From contig BCIN01000003.1 of NCBI GenBank assembly GCA_039545335.1, forward strand, positions 2,241,060 to 2,305,059: a DNA stretch of 64,000 nt, in the 5' to 3' direction. This stretch comes from Kondoa subrosea (Eukaryota). The translations under genes and the position numbers were made by a program. The notes beneath the pieces are model-generated. The model made no database searches. It worked only from the letters and a program-made list of their open reading frames with translations, and was not told the DNA's origin. Shown piece by piece: positions 40,258 to 53,760 of this stretch. Position 1 is the first letter of the stretch. Each line of letters begins with the position of its first letter.

Positions 40258-43200
40258 TTATATCAGTACATTGAGCTTGTTTCTGAAAAGTTCAAATTTT
40301 GTTGTGCCCAATGCCTTAGTGAAGATATCTGCTATTTGATCGCTCGTCTTGATTTCCTTCATTTCAACCTCCCCTTCTTCTACAGCATTTCGAATCCAGA
40401 AGTGATTCACTTTGATGTGACGAGATTTGCTTTGATGAGCTGGATCAGTTGCGATAATTCGTGCAGCAGTGTTATCGCAGAAGATGGGCGTTGGTGAGTC
40501 AATTCCATATTCAATTTCTTCTAATGCATTTCGAACTGTACAGCAGACGTTGCTCCATTGTTTGCTTCAATTAATTCCGACTTTGGATTCCGACTCTACT
40601 GTTGATCTAGCGACATTCTTTTGCTTTGCGAATTGCCATGCGATTGGTGCATTGTTGAGGAAGACGACATTGCCTGAAGTACTTTTACCAGAGTCAGCAC
40701 AATCTGCGAAAGCCGCATCTGTATAGCCAGAGAGAAGAAGATGTTGATCCTTGTTCAATGGTTTGCCATCTGGCACAAGACCATAATTTGCAGTTACTTT
40801 GGGATATCCTAGACACCTGATAGCTTCTCTTATAGCATCTGGTGTTGGTGATGAGTTCTGTCGAGATAGCATTGAAGTTGCAAACGCTATGTCTGGTCGT
40901 GTTGTCATTGCAAGATAAATTAGACAGCCAACGATAGCAAGGTAAGGGAATGTAGCTACTAATTCTGTGTCTTCATCTGATACTGCAATGTTGGCCTATG
41001 AAAGAATGATGTTGTCTGACATGCGTGTCTTTTTATGAGCAACATCTTGCATATCATATATTGTTTGAGCATTTTATCAATGTAGACCGGTGAAGCAAGC
41101 ATAATCTCTTTTTCAGATCGGTTGCGAGTGACCTCCATGCCAACAGCTTGATTTACTTCACCCAGATTTCTTACAGTGACAACTTTTCCAATATTGCTCT
41201 CGATTTCCTTGATTGTTTTGATACCATTACACATCAACCAGGCATCATCAACGTATACTGGAATAAGGAAGATTGATTTTCCGCGCCTCATGAAGTAACA
41301 TTGAGGTAGAGAAACAAAGGATCTTGAAACCGAGGCTTAGTAATACATCACGGAGCAGCTTGTAAAAGTTGCGGCCAGGTTGTTTCAGTCCTTCTAAGCT
41401 GTTGTTCAATTTCCATACTTTATCTGTTCCATCCCACCGGGGTTTAGGTTGCTCTTTCAGGTTGCTCTATATAAACTTTCTCTTTCAGAGGTGCATGGAT
41501 AAACCCTGAGTCAATGTCTATAGCATGGATTTCCAAATCAAAGGCTGCTGCTACCGCAAAGAAGAACTGAATTGAGGCATATGAGGCGACTGGTGCTTTA
41601 AATTCGTTGTAGTCAATTGATAGCCTTACAGATCACTTTGCCAAAGATGAGAATTGTTTTAAACTATGCTGTGGATCGTCAGATGCTAAGTGTCACAGGA
41701 GCCGTTCAAGCATCTGTCATTCTTTTTTTTGCTTCCAAGTCGTCGGTTCAAGTCACCTCCAACTTTGGTCTTCTCTTTTTGCTGGTTGTTGCTCTCGTAC
41801 TACCAGCTCTCGATTGGCAGCAGGCTGTCATTTAATACCGGTTGTCCTTAAGACGATGGTTCACGAGATTGGTATTGTTTTTTGGTAAAGTTAGATAAAC
41901 AGGCTGTTCAAGTCACGTGATCTTCAAGGACGAAAAACATCACGTGACGGGTGTTTACTTTTTGTATAAAGAGAAGAACTCTTACAGTTCTCTCTCTTCT
42001 CTCTCATCATTCTTTCTGCAATCAAAGCGGTTAGACACTGTACCTCTGTCCCTTCACCTACTCTTCTTACTTTGTTGTCCTCACAACAAAATTTACCTTC
42101 ACCTTTACCTTCACCTTTACCTCAACACCTGGTGTAGCTTGCTACTTTGTTAGTGAGCCCATCATCAATGCCAAATATCTGAAGAAAGCCTTTGCCGGTC
42201 AATCAAACGGAGTGTCTGTCAGATTCGCCAGAACTTTGGTCGAATTTGGTTTTGAAGACCAATTTATGTCCAACTGTTTTCTGCTGAGGTCTTGGAACTA
42301 GTTCATTCTCTTTCATGTCATCCAAGTTCTTCTTTCGTACAGCTAGAGCTCTTTCCAGCCTTCAAGGTTTCTGGAGTTCAGCATTTGTTTCTGGATCTCT
42401 TTCTTCTATATATCTTGCTTTAAAGGGCCAGCACTTCTTTCTTTAGACTGAACAACAAGATAATTACAGTCCAGGGCCGCAGCTTGACCTGCATGACACC
42501 GACAAAGCGGTTTCTTTGGCCCTTTTTACGTCCTGCTCTTCATTTGATTGAGAGTCTGATATTGCTTGATCATCTATGTCTCCCCCGCAAGCCAATCCAG
42601 CGCGAGGTCAGGACGCGGGCGAATAATCGGAGTCAATGTTTCAGTAGAAGGAGGTTGGATTCTAGATTGACCTTTAGGACGCAAAACTCTAGTAGTAGTG
42701 GTGGCAGGGCCAGGTAAAGGTGTAGCACGAGGCAAAGCACGAGGTATACGTGTCGGAATTGGTGATCCAGGAAGCTCTGGTTGGGGTGGTGACGGCATTC
42801 TTTCCTCTTGCATGTGAGCTTCAGGTAAGAAGGTCATCAGGTATAACTCGTAAAGGCGCAGCTGGTGGCGTTATAACAAGAGGGACAGGATGAGTAAACA
42901 GAGGAATAGCAGGAGTAGGATGTACTGCTTTGGTTGGTGAAGACCGAAACTTGTCTTCATGAAAATAGCAGTCTCTGCTCTTGATGACCTTTCGAGTGGA
43001 CGTTGACCAGAAGAGCCAGCGTTTCATCCTCTCTTCATAGCCAATAAAGACTAATTCTAAAGATTTTGGCTGAAGTGATTTTCGGTTTTCATCAGATACG
43101 TGCACGTCTGCCGGACAACCAAAGACGCAAATGTGGGTCATAGATGCTTTTCTTCTGTAAAATATTTCAAACGGAATTTGGTTGCTTTTGGCTGCAGTTG

Positions 43201-45258
43201 GCGGTAACCGATTATGAACTTCAATGTAAGCTGAGACCGCATCCTTCCAAACTCCAACTGGTAAACCCGCCTGATTGAGCATAGCAAGTACGGCATTATG
43301 TATTGTTTGATTCAATCGTTCAGCTATTCTTCTATTGAGGCGAACGAGCAACTGTTTTCTAATGAATGATGCCTTCTTCTTTCAATCAAATATGCTTCGA
43401 ATTCCGCTGAAGTGTATTCTCCTCCGTTACCAGACCTGGAAGTCTTGATTTTGTTCTTTGCTTGGGTAAAGATCCTGGCTTCGAAGAGTTTAAAAGCTTT
43501 GATTTGAAGCCTTCTTTATTGAATTAGACAAAATCGATAGACCAAAAAGTACTTTAAAGCACTCTTGATCGTACCGAAATAGCATATTTCAACACTTCTC
43601 GAGAGGTCTCCAATGGACCTTTTAAATCGGACAACACGAATTCGCCAGGAAGCAGTTCTTCTTCTGTTTCTTCAGATGAGAAGAAGGGAAACCGTTTCTG
43701 CTTTCCTGCCATACAAGGCTTGGCTTGCAGTCTTCAGCAATAGGATGGTAAGCTTTTATAGATGCACCATCGACCAATGATTTATCGATCAGGAACTTGA
43801 TCCGACCATTGCTAGCATGGCAGAGCCGCTGATGCAGAAGATGTTCTGTAAGCGGACGATTGCGTGCTTTTTCTTGAGGGCGAATGATGTGACCGTCTAG
43901 GTAAGCAAGTCCGTCTTTGTGTTTTGACGCTGTAACGCCACTTTTCCTTGACGATCGTAGAAGCGCATAGATGTACCCTTCGTATCAACTTTCATGTTAA
44001 GAGTAGATGTTAGATCTAAGATTGAAAGAAGTTTGGAAGACAATTCAGGGACATGTAACGCTTTTGGGAAAGTGAAGATCGGCAGAGATCTCTGTGCAGG
44101 TTGAAAGCGAAAGGACTCAATGCCATATATTGCAAACTTTTCTACTCCAGCTGTCCCTATTGTACCACTACTCTCTCTGTACTGAGCTAACAAAAATCCA
44201 TCGTTGATTATTGTGCTTGTTGCTCCAAAGTCTGCACAGAGCGTGTCAGAACGAGTTATGGTACGCAAGGGAAGACTTGCGGTCAGCATGGCTTGAGGGG
44301 TTTCTGCATCCTGATAGTTTGGCATGAGAAGATTGCTTGAATTTTGTAAATTCTGGTTCATCTTTCCTTTCATCCTTGTTTTCTTCAACGAATGCCTTGA
44401 TCACAAAATAATTTTCTATCGCGTGTCCGTTTCCATGTAGCATATAACCTCTTTTTTCTTCCTTTTCCTTAGCTTTAGAGGAAGAGGTAGAAGACACAGG
44501 GTAATGAATCGCTTTGCTTGCAACTTCTTGTTTTACCGCTTCTGGTTTGTATCTTGTCATTTGAGCTGCATTTTGTAAGGTATTGATAACACCAGCCATT
44601 GACAGATCAGGTTGGCCTGCTAGATTGGAAGCAAATTGCTGGAAAGACTCGCTTTCTGATCCGGAAAGAGCGTTCAGAACAGAATAGCGTTGCGTCTCTT
44701 TCACCAGTTCGCTAACAGTAAAGCCGACCGAGGTTCGAGAAGAGTATGGAGGAAGTAGATTGATTGGATCATCAGATGGGTTTTTGCAGGTTGCCAACAG
44801 AGTTTCTGCTAGACGAATTGCTTTGGGAATAAGAGACCATATAGAATTTTCTGGATCATGCTTCAGGTTGAGCAATTCAGACATGGCATGATAGCGACCA
44901 GCGCTAATTGGCATAGTTTTCTGTCCCTTGAGGATCGCATAAGCTTCGACAGGATCTCTAATTGACTGAATCAGAGTAGCGTGTTCAGAGTCGATGTATC
45001 GACGCAAGAGATCCAAAGCTTTGTTGTTCGCTGCTTGCATTTCCAGCGGAGGACGTTCGATAGGTTGTTCAAAGATATCTTGAACGTTTGCTTGAAGGCA
45101 AAGAGAGATAAGCTGGTTCTCCCATGCTTTCCCAATTATTGGAGTTGGTACTGCATGCGTTGCGGGAAAGAATGATTTTCTTATAGGTTTCTTCTGACAT
45201 TCTCGACGTTGAATGTTTGCTGTTGGCAGCTTGAAGACAATTACTTTGCGTGAGCCAT
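40258..45258 (-). mobile_element. Degenerate Ty1/Copia retrotransposon A (gag-PR-IN-RT-RH, stops and frameshifts, LTRs not identified)
   Basis: gag 44246-45040; PR ADFGATS; IN AERLNQT and VFGCPA; RT VYVDD; RH YTDAAFA..KSTSG; IN-before-RT order. Confidence 0.92.
41617..42121 (+). mobile_element. ~500-bp insertion interrupting RT of element A (LTR-like fragment)
   Basis: Removing it restores ...PGVDYNEFKAPVA; contains TATAAA and a CT-rich tract; shares a 25-nt block with 52563-52587. Ends uncertain. Confidence 0.6.
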
Positions 45259-45289
45259 AGAGTAGAGAGAACAGAGTTGTAGCTGTTCT

Positions 45290-45494
45290 TTTACAGGATG
45301 TGAAGCAGGATGACAGTTGAGGTCAGAGTTGAAGGTCAAAACGGAAACTTTAGGGCGAGATACTTCTTCTTCTCGAGCAATAGCTTAGAGAGCTGTATCT
45401 CGCAGGTATGAGTTGTACATATAACGTGCAACACAGCAATAGCTTAGAGAGCTGTATCTCGCAGAGCACTATCATTCTCTGAAGGTTATGAGCC
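45290..45494 (+). mobile_element. Orphan Copia LTR end plus PBS (family E), no gag downstream
   Basis: 30-bp direct repeats 45376-45405 and 45435-45464, followed by ...CTGAA and the PBS GGTTATGAGCC at 45484-45494. Left boundary uncertain. Confidence 0.75.
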
Positions 45495-47009
45495 TTGTGT
45501 TTCTCTAACTATTTGCTCTATTTCACTTCAGAGAATATAGCGACGAGACCAAGCGTGCGACAGGTGGACGAAAAATTAACCATAAAACAAGAGAGAAATA
45601 GGATCAACATCGCTTACTCAACCCTGCTATCTACCCAATCCGCTGTCCACCAATAGCAGCGTAGTGATGGCAGGCTGTTTCCAAGCACAGACTTGGTGCC
45701 ATCAAAAAGCAGATAAGCAACTAAGCTTCATATATTGAGTTTGTAGCATGAGAGAAAGTGCCCAGCAGTGCTCGAGCGAAATTCAAAAGGTTGAAGTTCC
45801 GTTTGAATGATAATGATCAGGAACGGAGGGTTTTCTCTGCCTTGGAGCAAGCCTTGCTCGACTGAAGCTTGCTCGACTTGAAGAGATCTCCTTGAAAGAA
45901 CAAGTAATAACGGTAGGTGCCTCTCACGATGGGTATCTTGAAGGAAAAGGAGAAAAGTAGGGATTCAGCCAGGGGAGCCAATAGAAGACCAAAGAAGACG
46001 GCTTGAAGAGTGGGACAGAGCAAATTGATGCGGAGGCCCTGTAGAAAGAGTCCGTCAGGACAATTGATTTAGATCAGCAGAGATTAGCTTAATATTGCTG
46101 AAGTGGGCAATAAATCGGGAGGATCCAAACTTTTTGTCCCAGAACGTTGCCCAGTTTTCCGTTCGTCTCTTATTTCCTACCATGCAATAAGTATGTCGAG
46201 ACTTCACAACCGTGTCATAGCATCATTCTGTAAGATATCAGCTAGTGAGCATTACAACATGATGCCACAAGAGCTGAGCTGAGCTGCAACTTTGTACAGG
46301 AATGTCATATCTCAAAGCTCTTTTGGATGTTACGCCTACACTACACGATATAGCCTTCTCTTTGTCATCGCCTTTCGAAACGTCCTCTTCCCTGTTCGCG
46401 TTCTGGGAGGTTGCTAATATCACGATGTACTCTCTCCAACACTCCTGTACGTGATCTTATACAAGGATCGAAGGAGCTTTAAGTTTTGATTATAGTGCAA
46501 TTTGCAGCGATATATCTCATGCATGGTAGGTATGATGAGCGTCCAGCCGGACTGGGCTCATTCGTGTCTAACTTTCCATTGGATCTCTTTAGTTCCTGTA
46601 GTTCAAGCATCTAGGATGACCGATGCTCGCAAGTACTTGGCAGAACATTTGCAGCTCGCACTGTACTGCCTGTATTAGGCCAATTCATAAGTTGAGCGAA
46701 GTAGCAAGAATGTGTAAGCCCACAAAGTAAAGTACTTTGTAATCGCTCTAACATACGATTGCTAGCTTTTCACACATTCGATCGATGTGAGACTGTTCGA
46801 GAGTCAATTGGCGCTCTTCCCTTTGTTGATGATTTCTAAATTGACTACGCAACACTATATAGATCAGGAATCATGGCAGAAATGAGTCTAAGGTTTTGTC
46901 TTTATCGCTTGTCTCTGAACCCGTCTGAATCTCGAAATATGCTAGTTCGGTACGATCAAGAGTGCTTTAAAGTACTTTTTGGTCTATCGGTTTAGCCTAA
47001 TTCAATTAA

Positions 47010-47154
47010 TGTTGAAAGTCAATGGTCGTTACAACTCTCTCAAATCTTCCTTTCTGCATTTCCTTTGCTACGCGTCATCTACGCGTCACGTCATCCTACG
47101 CGTCACGTCATCCTACGCGTCACGTACTTCACTTCCAGCGCACGCGATTTGTCA
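47010..47154 (+). repeat. Inverted partial copy of a B-family LTR (U3 start)
   Basis: TGTTGAAAGTCAATGGTCGT... is the reverse complement of 47588-47607 and continues with the same CGCG-rich repeats. Confidence 0.85.
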
Positions 47155-47164
47155 GTGGTGGGCC

Positions 47165-50100
47165 AGATAATAGAGCTGCTAGACTTCTCAAACTTGTTGG
47201 AATACAAGTATAGGATCATATTACATACCTGCTAGACTTCTCAGACTTGTTGGAATACAAGTATAGGATGAGAAGAAAAGCAGGAAGAANGAGAAAACTC
47301 GAGTTTTATGTACAGCTACCAGCCCAGATTGAAANCATACGACCCGGTACATCCCGATGTGGCAACCGTTGATATCGAAATGGGTCTCGACCGTTCATAT
47401 TGAAATAAGTCTCGACCAATCGCGTCGCGCTTGATGATGTAGAGTACGTGACGTGTAGGATGACGTGACGCGAAGTCGTGTAGGAAAAAGACGCGACGCG
47501 TTAAGATGACGCGACGTGTTGAGATGACGCGACGTGTAGATGACGCGTAGGAAAGAAGATGCAGAGAGGAAGTTTGAGAGATTTGTGACGACCATTGACT
47601 TTCAACACTCCCACTCGTTAAACTTGACCAAACTTCCGTAGACCCATTGACGTGCGATGTTTGACAAAGGTTTCTCTTGGTAAGGCTTTGGTAAGTATGT
47701 CGGCGATCATATCAGCTGTCGGACAATGAGTGATGTCCATTTCGCCAGCTGCAATCTTTTCACGAATAAAATGATGGTGAATGGCGATGTGCTTGGTGCG
47801 ATCATGCATACCAGGATTGTGGCATAAACAGATGTTGCCATAGTTGTCGTTCTTCAGAGGTAGAGGACCAATGACAGGACGTTGTAAGTTTGATAAGAGC
47901 AACTTCTTCCAGATAGCTTGTTTTGCCATATCTGAGCTTGCCATATATTCTGCTTCGCAAGTAGATTTGGCCACGGTAGGCTGACGCTTTGATTTCCAAG
48001 AGACAGTGTCGCCATTGACCTGGAAGATGTAGCCTGTAGTTGAGCGTCTTGTGTCCAAACATCCAGCATAATCCGCATCCGCATAGCCAAGTACCAAAGG
48101 TGCATCAGGATTAAGACCATAGCAGAGAGAAAGATCCAAAGTGCCTTTGAAATAGCGAAGAAGATGTTTGGCTGCTGCTACCTGCTGAGAGCCCCATCCT
48201 GAACTGTATTGTGACAGCTTGTTGGCAGCATAGGCACATTCTGGGCGAGTGACTTGAGTAGCATACATTACGCTGCCGACCACACTTTGAAAGGGATAAT
48301 CTCGATTCTTGGCAATGTCTTCTGGAGTCGGCTTCGTCAACTGACAGCCAGGATCCATAGGAGTGGTGACTGGATTTGCATCTTGCATACCGAACCGTTC
48401 CAAGACTTCACGAAGGTATTTTTCTTGACAAAGCCAGAGAAAACGTTTTTCTCTGTCGCGTTTGATCTGAACCCCAAGGAAGTAATTGATAGGGCCACGA
48501 TCTTCTAGCTTGAACCTATTGCTCATGTTTTTCTTGAAGTCATCCTTGGCTGAAACACTATTTGAAATGATAATTGAGTCATCGACATGGATTCCAACCC
48601 AGACGAAATCGTTGGCTTTTCTCCATAAATACAGACATATGTCGGCGTCGGCATGTTGGAAGCCTTGACTGAATATCCACTTGTCGTACATGCCATTCCA
48701 TTCGTGAGGTGATTGTTTGAGACCATAGAGTGATTTGTGCAAAAGAGCGACCATGTCTTTATCTCCTCCAGATTTCATGCCTTCAGGTATTTCCATGTAG
48801 ACCTTCTCTTTGAGAGTAGCGTTGAGAAAAGCCGTGTTGACATCACATTGATCTGCTTCCAAATCTTCTCGAGCAACGAAAGAAAGCAGTACTCTTGTTG
48901 TATCTCTGTGAGTGACTGGAGCATAGGTTTCACCATAGTTGACTCCTTCAACTTGACTTTAACCATCGGCGACAATACGACACTTTCTCTTGACCAATTC
49001 ACCTTCAGCATTTAGCTTGTTGTCAAAGAGATATTGTGACCTGACAATAGCTTCATCTGCAGCAAGAGTTGATCTTGGAATTTTGCTGAAGGTACCAGCT
49101 TGTATGAGAGCATTCTGTTCTGCTTCTATGGCCAACTCCCACTCCTTCCCATATTTGACTGCATCGCGGTAGCTTCTTGGTTTGGAAAGAGAGACCTCGA
49201 CATTCAGAGCAATAGGATCTTCATCAGACTCTTCTTCTTCAGATGATGATTCAGAGGTATCTGATAGGTTGAGGGTTGTATGAAGCTTGGCAGGAGGATT
49301 TGGAGAAGGACCTCTACCATAGAAGGATGTAGGAGTGCGATCTCTTGTACTTCGTCTGATTGTAGTTTCCGGTGCAGCTGAAGAATTTTCTGGAGAAGGT
49401 GAAGGTGATACAGATGGAGATGATACTTGAGTGTCGGGAATCGCATTGACAGATTCATCTTCTCCCACAGACTCTCCCACAGTTGCTGGATTTTCTGACT
49501 TTTGTAGATCAGGAATAACGACTCCCACATGATTCAGACGTTCAGGTAAATCCAGCTTGAGAATGTTCTTGGTGTCTTGAGGTGTAAATGATTCCTCCCA
49601 GTGCAAGACATCTCGAACGACCACAATCTTGCGACTGTCAGGGCAGTAGACACGATAACCCTTGATTCCATCTGGAAATCCAACGAAAAATCCCAACTTG
49701 GCGCGAGGATCCAATTTGCTAACACGCTTGTCCTTGTTGACAGTATAGTAGACTCTGCTGCCCCAGACTCTGAGATGACTGAGATCAGGGACTTTGCCAT
49801 AATATTTAGCATAAGGAACAGCTGATTCGACGGCAGAAGTTGGCGAGCGGTTTCGAAGATAGACAGCATGCGAGAAAGCTTCTGGCCAAAGAAATAACGG
49901 AAGACCAGACTCGTGCAGCATAGTTCTACCCATGTTTGCAATGGTGTAATTCATACGTTCGGCAACACCAAGCTGTTCATGTACGCCTGGTACAATGAAT
50001 TCTCTTTTGACACCATCTTCTTCCAGAAATTCAGTGAGATTCCGGTTCTTGGTTTCTGTACCGTTGTCGGTTCGAAAGGCAAGTGCCCAGTTTCTTTTTC

Positions 50101-52446
50101 GGCAGTGGCTTTCCAAGTTTTGGTTTTCTGCTTGACTTCGATTGGAGACTTGAAGAAAATAATTTTGACAAATCGAGAATTATCATCAATAAATGTTGAA
50201 TAATAACGAGAGCCACCCAAAGACAGAGTGCGAAAAGGACCAGCCATATCGGAGTGAACCAATTGAAGAACAGAAGAAGCACGAGAAAGAGATTGATGAG
50301 GAAAAGGGAGACGTTTGCCTTCGCCAATAACACAAGCGATAGAATTTGAATGTGTTGAACAGGTACAAGAGATGCCAGTAACCCATTTACTCGCTACTGC
50401 CTTTTGCATGTCTACTCCATTCAAATGTCCCCAACGTCTGTGAGAAAGACGCGAAGGGTCAGATAGAGTAGACAGCGCAAGGGTAGGAGAGGGCGCACTC
50501 TTTCGAATGATGGTAGCGTCGACTTTGTAGAGTTTGCCAAGTCGAGAGCCAGTTAAAATGGTCTTGTTGCTGGAGTGTTCGACCAGATATGCCATGGAAG
50601 GATGAAATTCGACCATGAGATCTTCGCGAGAGTCTAGTAAGGTTGAGACCGAGATGAGATTGCGAGGAAGACCAGGAACATGAAGACAATTCTTGAAAGT
50701 TCTGACGCCATAGCCTTCAGCATAGAATTGCAAAGTACCGGTAGCGATAGCTGAGAGCTGAAGACGACCAACATTGACAGGGATATGTTGAGCCAAAGTA
50801 GTGTATTCAGTCAAAGCAGGACCATCAGCAGTCATATGTTCGGTGCAGGCCGAGTCCAAACAGTAATCTTCAATGAATTTATAGGGTTTGAACCCGTTGA
50901 ATTGTTGTGAGCTTCGACACAGAAAGCTTCGGCAGATTCGACATTGTTTGCTAATGCTGATTGCATAATAGAAGGATTGTTCTTCATGATATCTTTCAAC
51001 TTGGTGAAACAGTTGTTGGTTCGATGGGTCTCCTTTCTCAAGCAGGGAGCATAAGTACACCATTCTGCTTCAGGAATGGTTGATTTGCGAACATTTGGTC
51101 TACCGTTTCTATTGTTGTTGACACGAGGTGGACGAGAACTTTGTTGAGTAGTAGTGTTCAAAGCAATAGCAGAAGAAGAGGAGATAGAACGAGTGTTGAG
51201 TTCTTCTTCTTGAGCCAGAATACGACGAGTGAGATTTGCAGTTGTGAAAGTTTCATCGGTATCATTGGCCACGAAAGAATTGCGGAAAGTCTGTCTGATA
51301 CACTTCAGGAAGCGAATTGAGCAAGAGAAAATTGATCATCTTGTCAGATATCTTGAAGACAGCATTGTCCAGCTTGGAGCGAGTTCGAAGGAAAGAAGTG
51401 ATATGTTCTTGCATAGTACCACCAGTGTAACGAGTGTTGACAGTCGACATGAGAAGCTTGCCTTGATAGACAATACCAGTGGGACCATGCACATCTTTGA
51501 GCTTCTTCTCAGCAGTGGCAGCCAGTTTGGTGTCCATGATATGCTTGAATTGAACTTCTTCCACAGTATCTGAATGAAATAGTAGGCTTCCTTGTTCTTC
51601 TTGTCCCATGCATTGATCAAGAAGTTGTTGGCCTGAATGTTTGCCTGATTGACATTGCCACCAGTAACACTTGCAGGCCTGACGCTTGCACCTCGAGCAA
51701 CATCCCACAACTCTTTGACATCCAAGAAGCCTTCCATTCTAGCAGACCAGACGTCATAGTTGTCCATGTTTAGATGGGTGATGTTGATTTTGAGGTCAGT
51801 CATATTTCAAATTTGACCGATAAAAGAAACGATTGATAAAGAAGATTTAGAATGAGTTGAAAGATAGTTCAGATTGAAATTGGTCTGAATTGAAATGTTT
51901 GTTGATAGTTGAATTCAGGGGACTAAAGCTGAATTTGAGTTTGAACCAGATAGATGTTGGTTGAAATTGAAATTGTTTTGATGTTGGACGATCCCGGAGT
52001 CCGAATGAGGAGAAGTGCTTGAGCAGTTGAATGAATAGAAGGAAAGAAGGATTGATTGAGGTAATCTTCAAGCACTTCCAAGGCTCATAACCTAAGATAA
52101 ATAGAGCTGCTAGACTTCTCAGACTTGTTGGAATACAAGTATAGGATGAGAAGAAAAGCAGGAAGAAAGAGAAAACTCGAGTTCTATGTACAGCTACCAG
52201 CCCAGATTGAAATCATACGACCCGGTACATCCCGATGTGGCAATCGTTGATATTGAAATGAGTCTCGACCGTTCATATCGAAATGAGTCCTGACCAATCG
52301 CGTCGCGCTTAATGAAGTTAAGTACGTGACGTGTAGGATGATGACGTGACGCGAAGCCGTGTAGGAAAAGACGTGACGCGTTGAAGTGACGCGACGTGTT
52401 GAGATGACGCGACGTGTAGATGACGCGTAGGAAAAAAGATGCAGAG
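47165..52446 (-). mobile_element. Ty1/Copia retrotransposon B, frameshifted gag-pol, 3' LTR 47165-47607, 5' LTR 52093-52446 (U3-truncated)
   Basis: Paired LTRs; PBS at 52082-52092; PPT GAGTGGGAG next to 47607; gag from 51803; PR LDSACTEH; IN HSDMAG/RTDNGTE/VAER; RT IHVDD; RH YADADY. Confidence 0.95.
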
Positions 52447-52459
52447 TTAAGTCGTGTCT

Positions 52460-53760
52460 TTGCTGCAGGGTAGGTCTGACAATGACCATAGACTTACGTT
52501 TAGGGAACTTTGTGTAAGGCAAGCAGCTCCCACAGCTCTTGTTCTTCGTTCATCCTTCTTTCCTGCAATCGAAGCGGTTAGATACTGATTCCTGATTCCT
52601 GCAGGTACACCTTCCCTCGACCACAAGCATTGGACCTTCTTCATTCACCCTCATCTACAAATCTGCTTTCCAACTGGTGGATGTTCTTCAGACTCCTAAT
52701 GGGACCCATCATCTTTACTTGAGTCGGACTACCTTTCGATTCCCTTTGATAGAGCTGTGCCGTTAACCACAAGGCTAAATCGTGATCCCTCGCAAAAAGG
52801 AATACAATTTTAACTGATGAGGTTAAAACGTTTAACGGACTAGTTGTGTCGAAGAATGATGGTTTGAGACCCATCAAGAAGCTTTGCTGGATTTGAAAAC
52901 CGCTTTATGATTGCAGAAAAGAATGATGGTAAAAGAGCAAGAGCTGTAAGAGCTGCTTGCTTTGTACAAAGTTATGAAGAAGCTTCTTTTGAAAGATGTT
53001 GAATCAGATACTGTACTATTGAGATCTTGCTCGTGAGCCATCGTCATAAGGACAACCGGTCTTGAATGACGGTTGTCTTGAATGATAGCCTGCTATCAAT
53101 CGACCAGAAGGTACTTGTTACACAGAACAACACTTGAGAAGGAGTGTGAGATGTAAAGTCGAGTTGAAGCAAAGAGACTGTTGTGTAGAGCGAAGGAGAA
53201 GGAGCTAAATAGCTTGACATGACATCCTGTGGTCAAGAAGAGTACTTCAGCAGATGTCAATGGCCAAAGATACGAACTGGAACAAGACTTAGCTTTGGCA
53301 GAAAAAGGAAGGAGAGTGATCTCTATCAGCAAGTCAAAGGGGATCACGAAAGGTGCCTGTGTTTAGCGGCACAGCCCTGTCACTAAGTGCGAGTGATTGC
53401 ACAAGTAGCTTGCAGGCTCAAGAGAGATCACTCTAGTAAAGCAGTGATATACCTATGGAGCAGGATGTGTCAGCAATACCACCAGGAGAAGACTGCTACT
53501 TTTCGAAGAATCTCAATACGCTATATTGTATAAGGACAAGATAGGGCAGTACTATTGCCATGATTGACGACAAATCGATGATGACAAATGTTCGATTTTC
53601 CAGACGAGAGTCGGCATGACGATCACCGGATCAAAGCTTATTTTTTTGTCGTATCGCGCAGCGCGAGACTCGCATCAATGTAGGCAACACTTTAGTAAGT
53701 GTCAGATGCTAAGGTCTAGGGGCGTCTTAGATTGCAGATGTCAGAAGCGCTTCGGAAATT
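52460..53760. other. Decayed repeat/LTR-element remnants, not classifiable
   Basis: Short matches to the 41.6-42.1 kb insertion (ctgcaatcRaagcggttagaYactg; gtcagatgctaag) and retro-UTR-like composition; no recognisable domain. Confidence 0.35.

Noticed and set aside
45500..47000. Possible host or cargo gene between elements A and B
   Set aside because: Only short ORFs with no recognisable domain or coherent exon chain.
49951..51803. Programmed frameshifts in element B gag-pol
   Set aside because: Five or more frame breaks, including within IN and RT, indicate decay or sequencing error.
47281..52446. RIP-like TCG>TTG hypermutation between B LTRs
   Set aside because: Only two or three such differences among many other substitutions; abundant CpGs survive, so the evidence is insufficient.
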